Below are positions 1 to 12,700 of a stretch of 64,000 nucleotides of DNA, in pieces (position 1 is the first letter of the stretch; every line of letters begins with the position of its first letter). The stretch comes from Bugula neritina (Eukaryota; Animalia; Bryozoa): the NCBI GenBank assembly GCA_964035545.1, contig OZ037773.1, positions 587,751-651,750 on the forward strand. The letters are read 5' to 3'. The notes beneath the pieces are model-generated. The model saw only the letters and a program-made list of their open reading frames with translations, did not search any database and had not been told where the DNA came from. Position numbers and translations under genes: made by a program.

Positions 1-892
1 ATTTAGCTTCAAACCTCAATTTTAGGACATTGAGTTTATTTTTTAATATTTTTAACTCTCGATGTTTGAAAATTTTGATTAAAATTACATGCCTGAAAGT
101 ATACGGTTGAAAAGATGTACTGCTACTCCCGCTGTTGCTGGTATAACACACCATATTTTCTGCTTTGTTATAAGATAACGAGTTAATGATTGGGCGGTTT
201 GGTGGTTCAGCAATTCTCATAAACTTGGTACACAACTCGTGCGTTAGTTGAGTGATATGTGCACTCGTTAACAGGTAGAAGAAATGCTACCTGGGCTATT
301 GTTTAGAGCTAAATTATGAGTAAGAGATTTTAGATTTTCAGCTATGAGAATTTGTATAAGCAATGTGTATGAAGGTGGTTATGATCATGAAACCACACCC
401 GTATTATACATACCGTATAGTTACGTCAGCTACTGAGCCTCTACCCTTATCAAACCTCATATTTACTAAAATTATTAGAGATAGATTAAAAGTTTGTGCT
501 AGCCTGCAGAGCTGCGTATAACATAAAGTTATCTAGTTTATGCTGTTAATGCTGCTTAAGAAGTAAATGTTTTGTCATTTATAACAAACAATCTTTAAAA
601 TATGGGATGATGAATTTATTCTACATCAACATTATAGAGCTAAAAAATTAGGTATTTCTAGTTACTTCTAGTTATATTATTACTAAAACAAATAGAAAAG
701 TATTAATACAAAGATGCATTCACTACAAGTGATCCAGAAGCACATGGAGTCATAGAGGGTGTTGGTTTCACAAGCAAATGACATTATGGAAAGTAAAGCC
801 AAGTCATTTAATCTTTTTCAATAACTTTTCTGCAATTTGAACCATGAATAATAATTCATCCTTGGTAAATACCCTTCATTCTTTTAGTTATT

Positions 893-1131
<239 letters not shown>

Positions 1132-1132
1132 T

Positions 1133-2773
1133 ATGGACCAAAGACTGCTCTCATGTTTTCGTAGAAGCATCTCATGTCATTTCGGCTAGTCAGTTCCTGC
1201 AGTTCAGCTGCCTTGTCTTGCCACCATTTGTTCACAGCATTTTTTTAAAGTGCTCTGTTACATTCCTTGTACCTTCCTTTGGTTTTCCTGGTGACAGCGG
1301 AACGTGCTAAGTTCCTCTCACCTAATAGGTCTTGTAGTTCTATGGAGTTTTCTGCCAACAGTGCCTAGCTTCTCTTTCAATGTTTCATAAACTGTGTTCT
1401 TGAAGTTTTTCCGTGCGTCGTCAAGTGTTCCAGGTGTTTTCAAGCTCAGTTTCTCACTTAGTGCTGTTTTCAAGTCATCAAGTATTTCCTTATCTTTCAA
1501 TTTGTTGACGTTGAGCCTTTTACTTGGTTTGAACTTATTCATTTTCCTTTTGATGATGAGGCTAGTGCGTGATTTTATCATGATATGGTTTGTGTTGCAT
1601 TCTGCCCCATGCATTGCTCTGGAGTCGTGTATGTCCTTCAGATCATGTTGACGAGTGATGACATAGTCAATCAGGTGCCAATGCTTGGATCGGGGGTGCA
1701 TCCATGAGTTCTTGTGAGCTGGCTTATGTTTGAAAAAAGTCTTGGTGATGGCAAGTTGAAATTGGTTGCAAAGGTCCAGAAGACGCTCACCATTAGCATT
1801 GATTTTTCTAGAGCCGTGACATTTTTCTAAATAGAAAAGCATTAAAATCACCCATAAGGATGATTTTGTCAGAGATATGGATATCCCTCAGCGTCTGATT
1901 AGGCTGGTCATAAAAGCCATCAATACTTGCAGGAGTATTAGTCATTGTTGCGGCATAGATTGTTACGATGGTACAGTAACGGTCATGTTTCAGTGGTAGT
2001 GGTAGTCTCAATGTCATAATTCTGTCATTCACAGGTTTAAGATCCTCGCAAAGTTTTGATGTGATGTTGTTACTGATGGCTAGTCCTACGCCTGATTCGC
2101 TCTTCTCTGATGATGGTTTCCCACTCCAGTAGATAGTATATCCACTCTCCTCACGTATACAACCACTCTCAGCAAATTTTACTTCACTCAGTGCAGCAAT
2201 GTCTATTTGGTAGTTTGACAGCACCTTCGATATAATGGCGCTTCTTCTTTCTGGTCGTTCAGCGTGTGAACGGTCTAGCATGGTTCTGATGTTCCATGAT
2301 GCCAGGTTAAGTTTAATATGGGGTTGGACCTTTTTATCCCGGGCGACGTTCGGCCAGTATGAGTATTCTTTTTTGTGTGACTTCATGATACAACATGTGC
2401 TGGCAAGAATTTGTGAGGCTACTGTGTGGTTTGCCAGTTGGCACAGCAGCCCTCTCGACCATGCAGTGTCAATTGAGCTGGCAAGGATGATCCAAGACGA
2501 GCTCAGACTCTGAGTAGTCGCAATGACTGGCCGGATATAGTTCATCGAGAAAAATAACCGCCCTTGCAGGATGTCACAAGCCTGTCTTTTTTGTCTGGGT
2601 GTAGCTCCCATAGATCCCTGAGCCGTTAGCCTGGTAGAACCAGTTATCAGTGGTGACCACAGGGAGGTGCCTCAGAGTCTTGATGATTGGTGACTTCGCC
2701 AGTTAGTACTGGCACTTCGTCGCCTCAGCATCCTTGGTGTGTCTTCCTCCAGTTTAGTAAGTTTGGCAGACAT
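1133..2773 (-). mobile_element. RTE-clade non-LTR retrotransposon fragment: 5'UTR plus AP endonuclease domain, frameshifted, RT absent
   Basis: ORFs 1808..2611 and 1318..1851 contain APE motifs typical of RTE/BovB-like LINEs: LASWNIRTM, ERRSAIIS..L..YQIDIAALSE, GYTIYWSG, GVGLAI, IILMGDFNA, NGERLLDLC, WMHPRSKHWHLIDYVI. Similarity continues to [20 protein letters not shown] and stops at a (TA)n array. Lies upstream of exon 4 of copy A. Confidence 0.85.
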
Positions 2774-3110
2774 CCACCACCACCACCACCACCACCACCA
2801 CCACCACCACCACCACCACCACCACCACCACCACCACCACCACCACCACCACCACCACCACCACCACCACCACCACCACCACCACCACCACCACCACCAC
2901 CACCACCACCACCACCACCACCACCACCACCACCACCACCACCACCACCACCACCACCACCACCACCACCACCACCACCACCACCACCACCACCACCACC
3001 ACCACCACCACCACCACCACCACCACCACCACCACCACCACCACCACCACCACCACCACCACCACCACCACCACCACCACCACCACCACCACCACCACCA
3101 CCACCACCAC
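2774..3110. repeat. Perfect (CCA)n/(TGG)n array, ~112 units
   Basis: Direct reading; abuts the RTE 5' end and is followed by (TA)n at ~3130-3219. Confidence 0.95.
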
Positions 3111-3127
3111 GTATAAATATACATATA

Positions 3128-3221
<94 letters not shown>

Positions 3222-3787
3222 TATATGTATATTTATATATATCAATTTTTAAAGCATTCTTATAATTTTTTAGTAGATTCATATTTCTCTTGTGTAAAAG
3301 TTGTATAGCAGCAGTCTTGCTTCAGTTTGTAAAAAGGAGAGATTGATTTGCTTCTTTTAATGGCTGTGATAATTCATGTATCTTCAAAAAGCAAAAATTC
3401 ACACAAATATTTTTTAGAAGCATGCATTTTTGCACTTGAGCTTACAGAATTTTAGGTCATAACAATGAAATATTTGAGTGGTATAATCCCCTGATTGGCT
3501 GATATTTACATGATCCCTTTAACTACATGGATTGTCTCTGAACACCCTCTACATATAGTATCTGTTTTCTACAGCAACTCCAAAATAATGGCATTTAGAT
3601 ATAAACATAAATGTCTGAGTAATAAAACATGCTAAACATTTTCTTGAATAAAAAACCTAACATTTTCTGAACTAAAAGAAAACTTTTTAAGCTGGGAAAT
3701 TTCCTTGTTGAATGTTTATTATTCGATATCTTAAACAAATTTTCCAATGCAATTTTTTCATAATTGAGTTTTCTTTTTTATTTGCAG

Positions 3788-6700
3788 TCTTGTATGGAGA
3801 CCCTACTAAAACATTCACCGACAGATATGATCCACAGGCGTTTATTGATGGAGATAATGATACGCTTACAATGATCAGAATTGGCCACATGTATCAGACA
3901 TCAGATCAGAAGTATATCTACTTTGTTGACCAAAGATCTTGTGTTAGAAAACTTGACAGGATGGCTGTGAATCTCACAACTATAATAGGCAAAGGTCACT
4001 GTGGTAACAGCACACTCGGTTTTGATAGTAGCACAGACCCAAGAGATGTCTATGGTATGACGTATTACGAAGCTGCCGATACTTTCTTCATCTCTGTACA
4101 AGATGATGGTGTATACACGTTCAGCAGAACATCTCCTCAGCTTCCTTACACACAGACAGGCCTTCTGCCTCTCAGTGAAATATCCACCACAATTTCTGAT
4201 GGGATTGGAGATATGTTGACTGTAGGTGACATTGTGTGGCAGAAGGTTGGTGAAGGCCTAAACAAATACGATGTGAATGGATATCAAACTAACAAGAATA
4301 CCATTCTAGACTTTAGTTCTTCAGGGAATGCACAGAGACATTTAAGGTGAGTGAGAAATTAAGCATACAGTTTTCACCGAAATTGAGTAAGAAGTAAAGC
4401 AAAGTTTGAAAAGCACTTGCAGGATATGATTGGTCAATGTCTGCAGAATATAACCTGTTGTTGTCTAATAATATGGTGACTTTCAGAAATCATTTATAAT
4501 TTGTGCAGTTTCAACATTTTCAACATTTCAGCCACTAGGCAAAATAATGAGTTTGATGCAAAACTTCCGAGGACTATAAAGTGGATACCAGTTCTCTTCT
4601 CAAACCCAGTAATTGAGTGTATAGCTGTTTGTAGATTGAGTTCTACTTCATTAGATGTGTCTCTCAAATCTAGTTATATCTAGTGGGATTTTTTAGGTAC
4701 TCAGTCTACAGGCTAGCATTCTGATTAGCTACTTCGTTGATATAAATATATGCCGTTGTAGATATCCTAATAGAACAGCTGCTGTTTCTACACCAGAGGG
4801 AGTTATTTTACAGCATCCTTCAGACCCTGACTGGCTGTGTATTCTAGATAAGAAATATACGTCTCTGTTCTTCCATCATATTGTTGATGGTAAATACGAT
4901 TAAATATTTTATTAAAGGGGCAATCTGTATTATGTTTTCTGTGTATGGTGAAGCTTTATACATAAGTAGCTAAAGCTATTTATACTACATTTTAATAGAA
5001 TTTTATCCCTAAGAATATAATGGGACACGTTGAAGTCATGTGACATATGTTCTGCTAATATTGCAGCTGGTATGTAGTCAAATTAATTATAAGTTGTAGC
5101 ATACTTGGAGTGTTTCTTGTATTCATAGGCACTTTAATTAAGATGTGCTCAGGGAGCACCACCTCTCAGGATGGAGCTGCAGATGTCTGTATGTTAGAGG
5201 GTTTGACTGCTGGTGTTTGGGTCAATGAAACTCTGATGATAGTTTATGAAACTAACAGAACTATGAAAGAGATAGAATGGGGTAAGTGTACCGTGTAAGT
5301 GCATAGTGTAGGAGTACAATATAGGCGTATAGTGTAGATATATATTGTAGGTATAATGTATAATGGTTATACGGACAGGTGAATGTATAAAGGTTTACTG
5401 AAGGTATATATGATATTTGTGTAGGTACAATATATTTTAGGACCTAGGTGTATAGTGTTAGTAACATGTAAGGTTTATATATATCATATAATAATTATTG
5501 TCACTATACCTGTAAGAACCCATAATGAAGAGTTTTCATTCTTATGTTGCACAGGATCAATTATGACTGGATACTCTTCCTAGCATCACCAATAGACCAT
5601 GTAAATTTGGTACATTTACTGTCTTGTACTAATTCTAGAATACTCACCCTTATAATTTATATATACTTCTGCAAGTTCAAATGCAAAATGCATACTTCTA
5701 GAAAATAGCTGTGCAACTTTTATTACATGCATTATTTTATTTCATATCTTAAATTTATGAATCATAAATTCATTTTTCAAAATGTTTAATTTAAATGCTT
5801 AAAAAATGCAAATGAAAAGTACAAGTTTAAAAAAATACCCTGGTGCAAATTAACCGCAGCCCCAGCTGTTTTGGCAAAACACATTTAATAACAGTTTTAT
5901 TGACATAGTGGTAAAAAGGCTGGTTGTTTTTAGCAGTAGCCACGCTGCACAGCAACTTTATACAATTCTGATTGGCTGGACTCTACATGACCAGCTGATA
6001 ATTGTATCTGATTGGCCTAATAATGCATTTGCGTTTGAAAATGTAGAGTTTTATATAAGTTATAATAGTAATAATTTAGAGTTGGTACACACCCCTATTT
6101 TGGTTGAGTTTTATATTCTGATCACGCTGTAGTCATCTACAACACTTCAGTGTATGGGGGAATTATTAGTATTACGAAATCTGTTTTGGCTTACATTGCT
6201 ATGCCAGTTTTCTGGCTTAGTTTGTAATCAACTATATTTAGGCTGTTATAACTTAGAGTGGTTTCATCAAAAGTAGACATTACTTTAGGCCTTAGAACAT
6301 CCAATCAACCAATACTGTTACTTGGTTTTATTGTATAACAGTAGTGAAAGCATAGCACACTAGCGCAGTTTCTGATCTGTAATGGCAGTGACCACACTAA
6401 ACTCATCATGATTATCCTACAAATGTAATGACATTAGCCATGGGACAATATAGTCTAGAATCTAGACTCTAGATTTTAACTGCGAAGTAATCAGCCTCAA
6501 ACCATTGCTGAATGAAATGTCTACATTTGGCTGAGAAGCTACTGTAATAACATCAACAATTTTACTAATGAGTTTTCAATACTTGTTTTAGTCAATTGGA
6601 TATAATACAAAAGTTCTCTGAAATGGTAGAATAAATGGTGATTTAAACATTGGACTTGATGGACATTTTTGATATTGTGTGATGCAACATAATAGTTACA

Positions 6701-9700
6701 GAGAAAATGCTGATCCCACCAAAACTGTAATGAAAGCATTGTATTTCAACACTGACTGCATACATTGATACTAACAGAGTATTATCCATACATAATTTTG
6801 TATTTTGCAAAAATAAGCATCGAGTTTGAGTTGCCATTTTCTTTCACCCAAAAATCATTAATATCAGACTTTAACTTGCAAAGCATAGTGGTATAGCACA
6901 TACATATACAATAGCGCATCAAGAAAAATATTATAAAGTGCTACACTTTATCGGTTACCAAGTGTGGCTGCAAAGAGCACAGCAGGCTATTATAATCTTC
7001 TCTAAAAGAAGTGCAAACAGTAAGCTTACACCTCCAAGACTATTTAGGATATTAAAATCCTTTATGGGTTGATTACTATTTTAACCTAGATTCTAAGGTT
7101 CGCAATCAACTTAGTTTAAAGTTACTGCATTCTAGTCAGTTGAAAATGGCCTTTCTTTCCAGGTGGCATGGCCAGAAAATAAGTAAATACTGTATAAAGA
7201 TCGCCATGTAGTAGAAATAGGTGTGCCCCGAAAGCACTATAGTGAAGTTTTAATAGCTGGCATATGGTATTGAATACTAGCCCTCAGAATGCTTTTGTCA
7301 TCTTCCTGCCTCAATGGTGGTTGATGATTACTTTGGGTGTGGAAAACTCATTAGTAGAGCTTCAGAGCTAGGTGCAGATATTTCATCTAACAATGACTTG
7401 AGGCTGAAAAGCTCATGTTAAATATCACGTAAAAATGAAGTAAGCCGCTAACAAAATTACTCCATAGTTGAAAGAAACTGGACTATAATGTCCCATGGCT
7501 GATGGTATTGCAATTGTGGGATAAACATGCTGTTTCACCAAGTAAATCATGTACAAAATGAGTATAGAGTATAGACTAGCATGCCAAGCACTACACGTTA
7601 AAGCTCATTTTTATATAAATCGTCTATGTTGTCTATTGCTAAAAGCTATTCATTATAACTCCTGCAAATAAATATGCAACCGGGTTAAAAAAACTACTGT
7701 CGTAAATTTTTTAAAGTAAAATAATGGTGGGTACATAAGCAACTAATTTATGCTTAGCACAATATGCTTACATGTGTTGGTCAGTGTGCTTGTAAATATA
7801 TGCTAGTGCTGATAAATATGGTGCAGCACTGCCATTACAGTTCACTGACTGTGCTATGCTATTGCTACCGTTTTGCAATAGTAACAGCACTGGTTGATTG
7901 GATGTTCTAAGGCCTAAAGTAATGTCTACTTTTGATGAAATCACTTTAAGTTATAACAGCCTACATATAGTTGATTACAAACTAAGCCAGAAAACTGGCA
8001 TAGCAATGTAAGCCAAAACAGATTTCGTAATACTAATAATTCCCCCATACACTGAAGTGTTGTAGATGACCACAGCATGATCAGAATATAAAATTCAACC
8101 AAAAAAGAGGTGTTTACCAACTCTAAAATATCACCATTATAACTTATATAAAACTCTACATTTTCAAATGCAAGTGTACTATTAGGCCAATCAGATACAA
8201 TCATCAGCTGGTCATGTAGAGTCCAGCCAATCAGAATTGTATAACGTTGCTGTGCAGCATGGCTACCCAACTGCCAAAAACAACCAGCCCATTTACCACT
8301 ATGTCAATAAAAATGTCATTAAATGTGTTTTGCCAAAACAGCTGGAGCTGTGATCAGTTTGCACCAGGGTATTTTTTTAAACTTGTACTTATTTGCATTT
8401 TTTAAGCACTTGAGTGAAACATTTTGAAAAATGAACTTATGACTCAAAAATTTAAGATACGAAATACATAAAATAAAGCATGTAATAAAAGTTGCACAGC
8501 TATTTTCTAGAAGTATGCATTTTGCATTTGAACTTGCAGAAGTCTATATAAGTTATAAGGGTGAGTATTCTAGAATTAGTACAAGGCAGTAAATGTACCA
8601 AATTTACATAGTCTATTGCCTCTACTGGGATTCGAACCCATGACTTCATGTTTACTAACCGCTAGACCACTTTCACCCCTAGAACACTCTCACCCCTAGA
8701 ACACTCTCACCCCTAGACCACTGCTGCTCTCTTGTGTGGTATACCGTGCAGGTGCATAGTGTGTAGTATATAGTGTAGGTATAGTTTCATGCTGAACACT
8801 GGAATATTTATTGTTTATAACTTCCCAAACGAGTTACATCAAGTCATAAACCTGCCCTACAGTGGAGTTCATATGCTGTCATAACCTTAGGCTAGAATGA
8901 GAACAGTAAACTCTAGCAGTTTTCTATTTGTTTAATCTGGTAAAAAATTGAATTGAAGTTGGCCATCTCTTAGCACCATTGCGCTCACTCTCTATTTCCT
9001 CTATCGTTTCTTTTGGCTCACATTACTTCTATGCTTGAGTAATCTTTATCCCTTAGCTTAGCCTAAGTTTCCATCCTTTCAACTCATGACTCATTTAATC
9101 TTCCCAACGTGTTAATCAAATACTTACAATTATATGAAAATTTCTGCTTTATATCGTCAAGTGTTCTCCTTATTTCACTTGTATTTTATAGCACGAGCAA
9201 TGCGAGTGTACTGGGCATGCTCAGTGACTGTCTATTAGCTTGCTTCTATAACACTTCTCTTGGCTGGGTTATTCGGCTTTACAGCTTAAATGCTAAAATT
9301 TCACTCACTGTTTTTTTAGAACCGCTAACAACAACCACAACAACCACCACAACAACCACCACAACAACCACCACAACAACCACCACAACTACCCCAACCC
9401 CTACAGCATGTAAGAACATAATTTAGAAATGTTCTGATTTCTAGCTTGGTGCTGCTTTTCTCTCTGTTTTCTATCTTTAGTTTACACTGCAAGTGTGTCG
9501 GTGAATCACCAGGTCACAGCTGACCTTCACCCAACTTCCAGCACTTATAAAGCTGCTCATCTGAGTGAATATACAGCAGTCCTTTGTTCAGTAGTTGTGC
9601 TCTCTCTCTCTCTCTCTCTCACCCTGAGTAAAACTGTGTATCATTTCTACAGTTATCAGTTGACTATGTTTTACATCACCTTGGTTTTATGTTATACTTT

Positions 9701-12700
9701 ATTGGGAAACTAAATCATTTCCCATCATATAATGTGCTACTGATTTGGTTATTTCTTCAGCTGCCAAACCCCCTACTACTACCACTACGCCAGGTAAATC
9801 CACCACTTCATGTAAGACTGAGATGTTAATGTTTTGTTTCCTAACTTCCTCTAAACTTATTAGAGCTGCCTGAGCTTCTAAACCTCAACTTGCCTCCTTT
9901 TCCTGAACATTCTGCTGTATTAACAGATTATATGTATAATAACATTCACAGCAAATTGTTTGTCATCTTACACTGGCAATGTATAGTACACTAGCTGTAG
10001 TATTCCAGTTCAGCAACGGCGCTATGATTGTATAACATGTACAGTACTGTGTGCTAATTCGCACTGATGGTTTGCCACTACACAGATTACATACTAGTGT
10101 GTCAAAATCAGCGAATATTATAGCCATAAAAAGAGAAGAGTTGAACTTCTCATGCTATTAGTGTTGGCACACACAGCATGTGCCCTGTTGATTTTACTGT
10201 GATTTAGTGGCCCTAAATACATCAGATTATTTTTTCAAAATTATGATTAAAGTTGCGTTTATACCTCTGCTGAAAAAAGTACCGAGTTTAAGTTAATAAT
10301 GCTTGTCCGGGTACCCCTTTATAGTCAAACCGAAACTCGTTGAAATCATATTGATGCGGTTGCTCACTTTCTGAAATTGAAATTTGACTCGCATAATAGC
10401 TATTTGATGCCCTTTGTAAACGTCGTGAATTAGTGAAGCGAAAAGCATAAAAGCGATAATTGAGAAGGCGTAGGCTATATAATTATAACCGTATAAGTAC
10501 GTTGTGTTATCGCCAAAGTAATAACTAAATAACGATGTTTACAAGGAGTTATTACTCCTATTCTAAAATTGGCCGATTAAGTTATCACAGTACAAAAATT
10601 TCAACGGGTGGCTTTTACAATGCAATGCAACTCGGAGAAATTTCAACCGGTTTTTGTAAACTGCGTAAACGTAAAGGCGGAAAAAAGTGGCGGAAACGTA
10701 AACAGGAGAAAACAACTCAGAAAAACTTCTAACGACTACTTTTAAACATAAAATCCGGTTGCGTGAGCGTGGCTATAAAATCAGGAAACATCCAAGCCGT
10801 CGGCGCACAAAGAGTTAAGTTACACAACTAGTTTTTATTATGATGTTGACAATTACATTTTTACCTGCTAATAATTAACTTATAAACTACAAAACCGAGC
10901 CCAATAATTGTGATTCTCGTAGTTGCATAGATACCAAAACCTTCGATGTTTTACTATTAACTAAATTTTAGTTATTCAACTAACATTCGTACGACTTAAG
11001 TTATCTAGCCAGCATAATATTATTTTTTTATCGAAATTCCCATTAAAATATCTCATTAAAAACTACAGTGAAAATAAGTTAATATTTATCGTTGCATGTA
11101 ATTGTTATAATAAAAAAAATGCTTATTATTGTTATCATGCTCATGAGTATTTTCAAACTTGAACTATAAAACGTAGAACTATCGTTAGTATTTATAGTAC
11201 AATGCTAATTCAAATAGTGTGACTCGATTAGTATAATTTCATCAAATAAATAATTTGATAAATCAACCAAGTTAAAACTTATGGGTTAAAATGCAGAACT
11301 TTTTAGCTTTGTGCTTAAAGTGTCTTACTTTCACTACCTCAAACTTAGGCCTTGTGCTCAAAACTTTGATCGATAACTCACTAGAAGTAAATGAATAGCC
11401 ATGGCAGCAAAGTTGTTTTAAATTTTTGTTCTTTAAAATAATATTGTAAAGATGTGAGTGAAATTGTAGATACTAGTAACTTGTATGTATTACTGTACAG
11501 CATGATGTAATCAAAGAACACAATAACTTGAAGAACTATTTGATATTTATACAATAAAACATAAAATATGATGCAATAATATAAGTAAAAGTGGGAGACA
11601 AAAAAATCAATTTTTTAGTTTTGTATAAAGATGTGTTCAAGGCACAGCAAATAAAAATTACAAAAACATATTTGCTGACGAAATGTCACCAAAATGCTGA
11701 ACAACTGAAACTTCGTCATGGCTTATAACGCCTTGCATATAATTGCAAATATGCAACGGCTTATCAAAGCTTTAATGCCCTAAACACCTAATATGAATGT
11801 ATACATTTTGCAAAGTCTTGCTAACAGTTAAAATACCGCTAAATAAATCAATATGTTCTCAGTAGGTCTTCTTTTATGCTGCAATACGATCTAGAGGAAA
11901 TATGTAAATAATAATGGAACAATCAGCTGTCATTCTTTACTTTGAAAGTGACAATCGCAATCACAGTGGTGTGACAGCTACATTGAAACCAAACCAATTT
12001 GTAAAAAGCAACTTGATTACATTGGAGTCTTGTGACGCAGCTGGTGGTTTACTGTTCTGTCAACTCAGCAGTCAACTTCAAAGGACTTGCACATGCTAGC
12101 AAGCAAGTCCTATGAATTTGTAACAGTGAGTAGCGCAGGGAACTATTCCAAGGATTCTCTTCTTGAACACAAACAAAGCTGCCAAAACAAACAATCAACA
12201 AATTACAATTTTCTTCACAAGTGCAAAGCTAATGACAAAACACACAGCAAAAGATAAACAATATAGCTGATTATACAGCTGTACCTCTATTACAGTTATT
12301 AGAACCAGAATGTCCGTAATACCTATTGCATTTATTCTTGGAGCTAATTAAATCTTTGTTCCTGCAACAGCAATAAACTGCTCTTGTATTGTGCCTCTTT
12401 GTATACAAGTATTTGTTAAATACTTCTCACCCCACTCTTATCTGTTATATAAAGCAAATCCAGTACTTCCAAGTTTTTAGTTAGTTAGTTAGTTTTTAGT
12501 CTTTTCAAAGTGATAGCTAAGACTTTTGGAAGCTTTGTAAACTCAGACAGTTGTACAGTTATATCAAGACTACTAGAGCTGGAAAATAGTAACATGAGTA
12601 TTTATTCAGTAGTCAGAAATTCTCAAGAATATGGTCTAAAATATTATGTAAACATAAAATGCACAAAGTACCCTTCGAAAACATATCCATCTAGTTTCTT

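Noticed and set aside
2672-3282. Poly-W/P/G/H/V ORFs
   Set aside because: Frames of a pure (CCA)n array. A poly-Thr stalk exon was considered, but there are no suitable splice sites and it lies upstream of the propeller exons.
3901-4101. Conserved 66-aa antisense ORF (MYRDEESIGSF..) recurring in all five exon-4 copies
   Set aside because: Explained by near-identity of the sense exon; no independent sign of coding.
3687-4350. Treating the 178-212 aa ORFs (3712, 23530, 30563, 38979, 58726) as stand-alone single-exon genes
   Set aside because: Similarity starts and stops at AG/GT sites, giving 559-nt internal exons; the ORF starts are intronic or internal.
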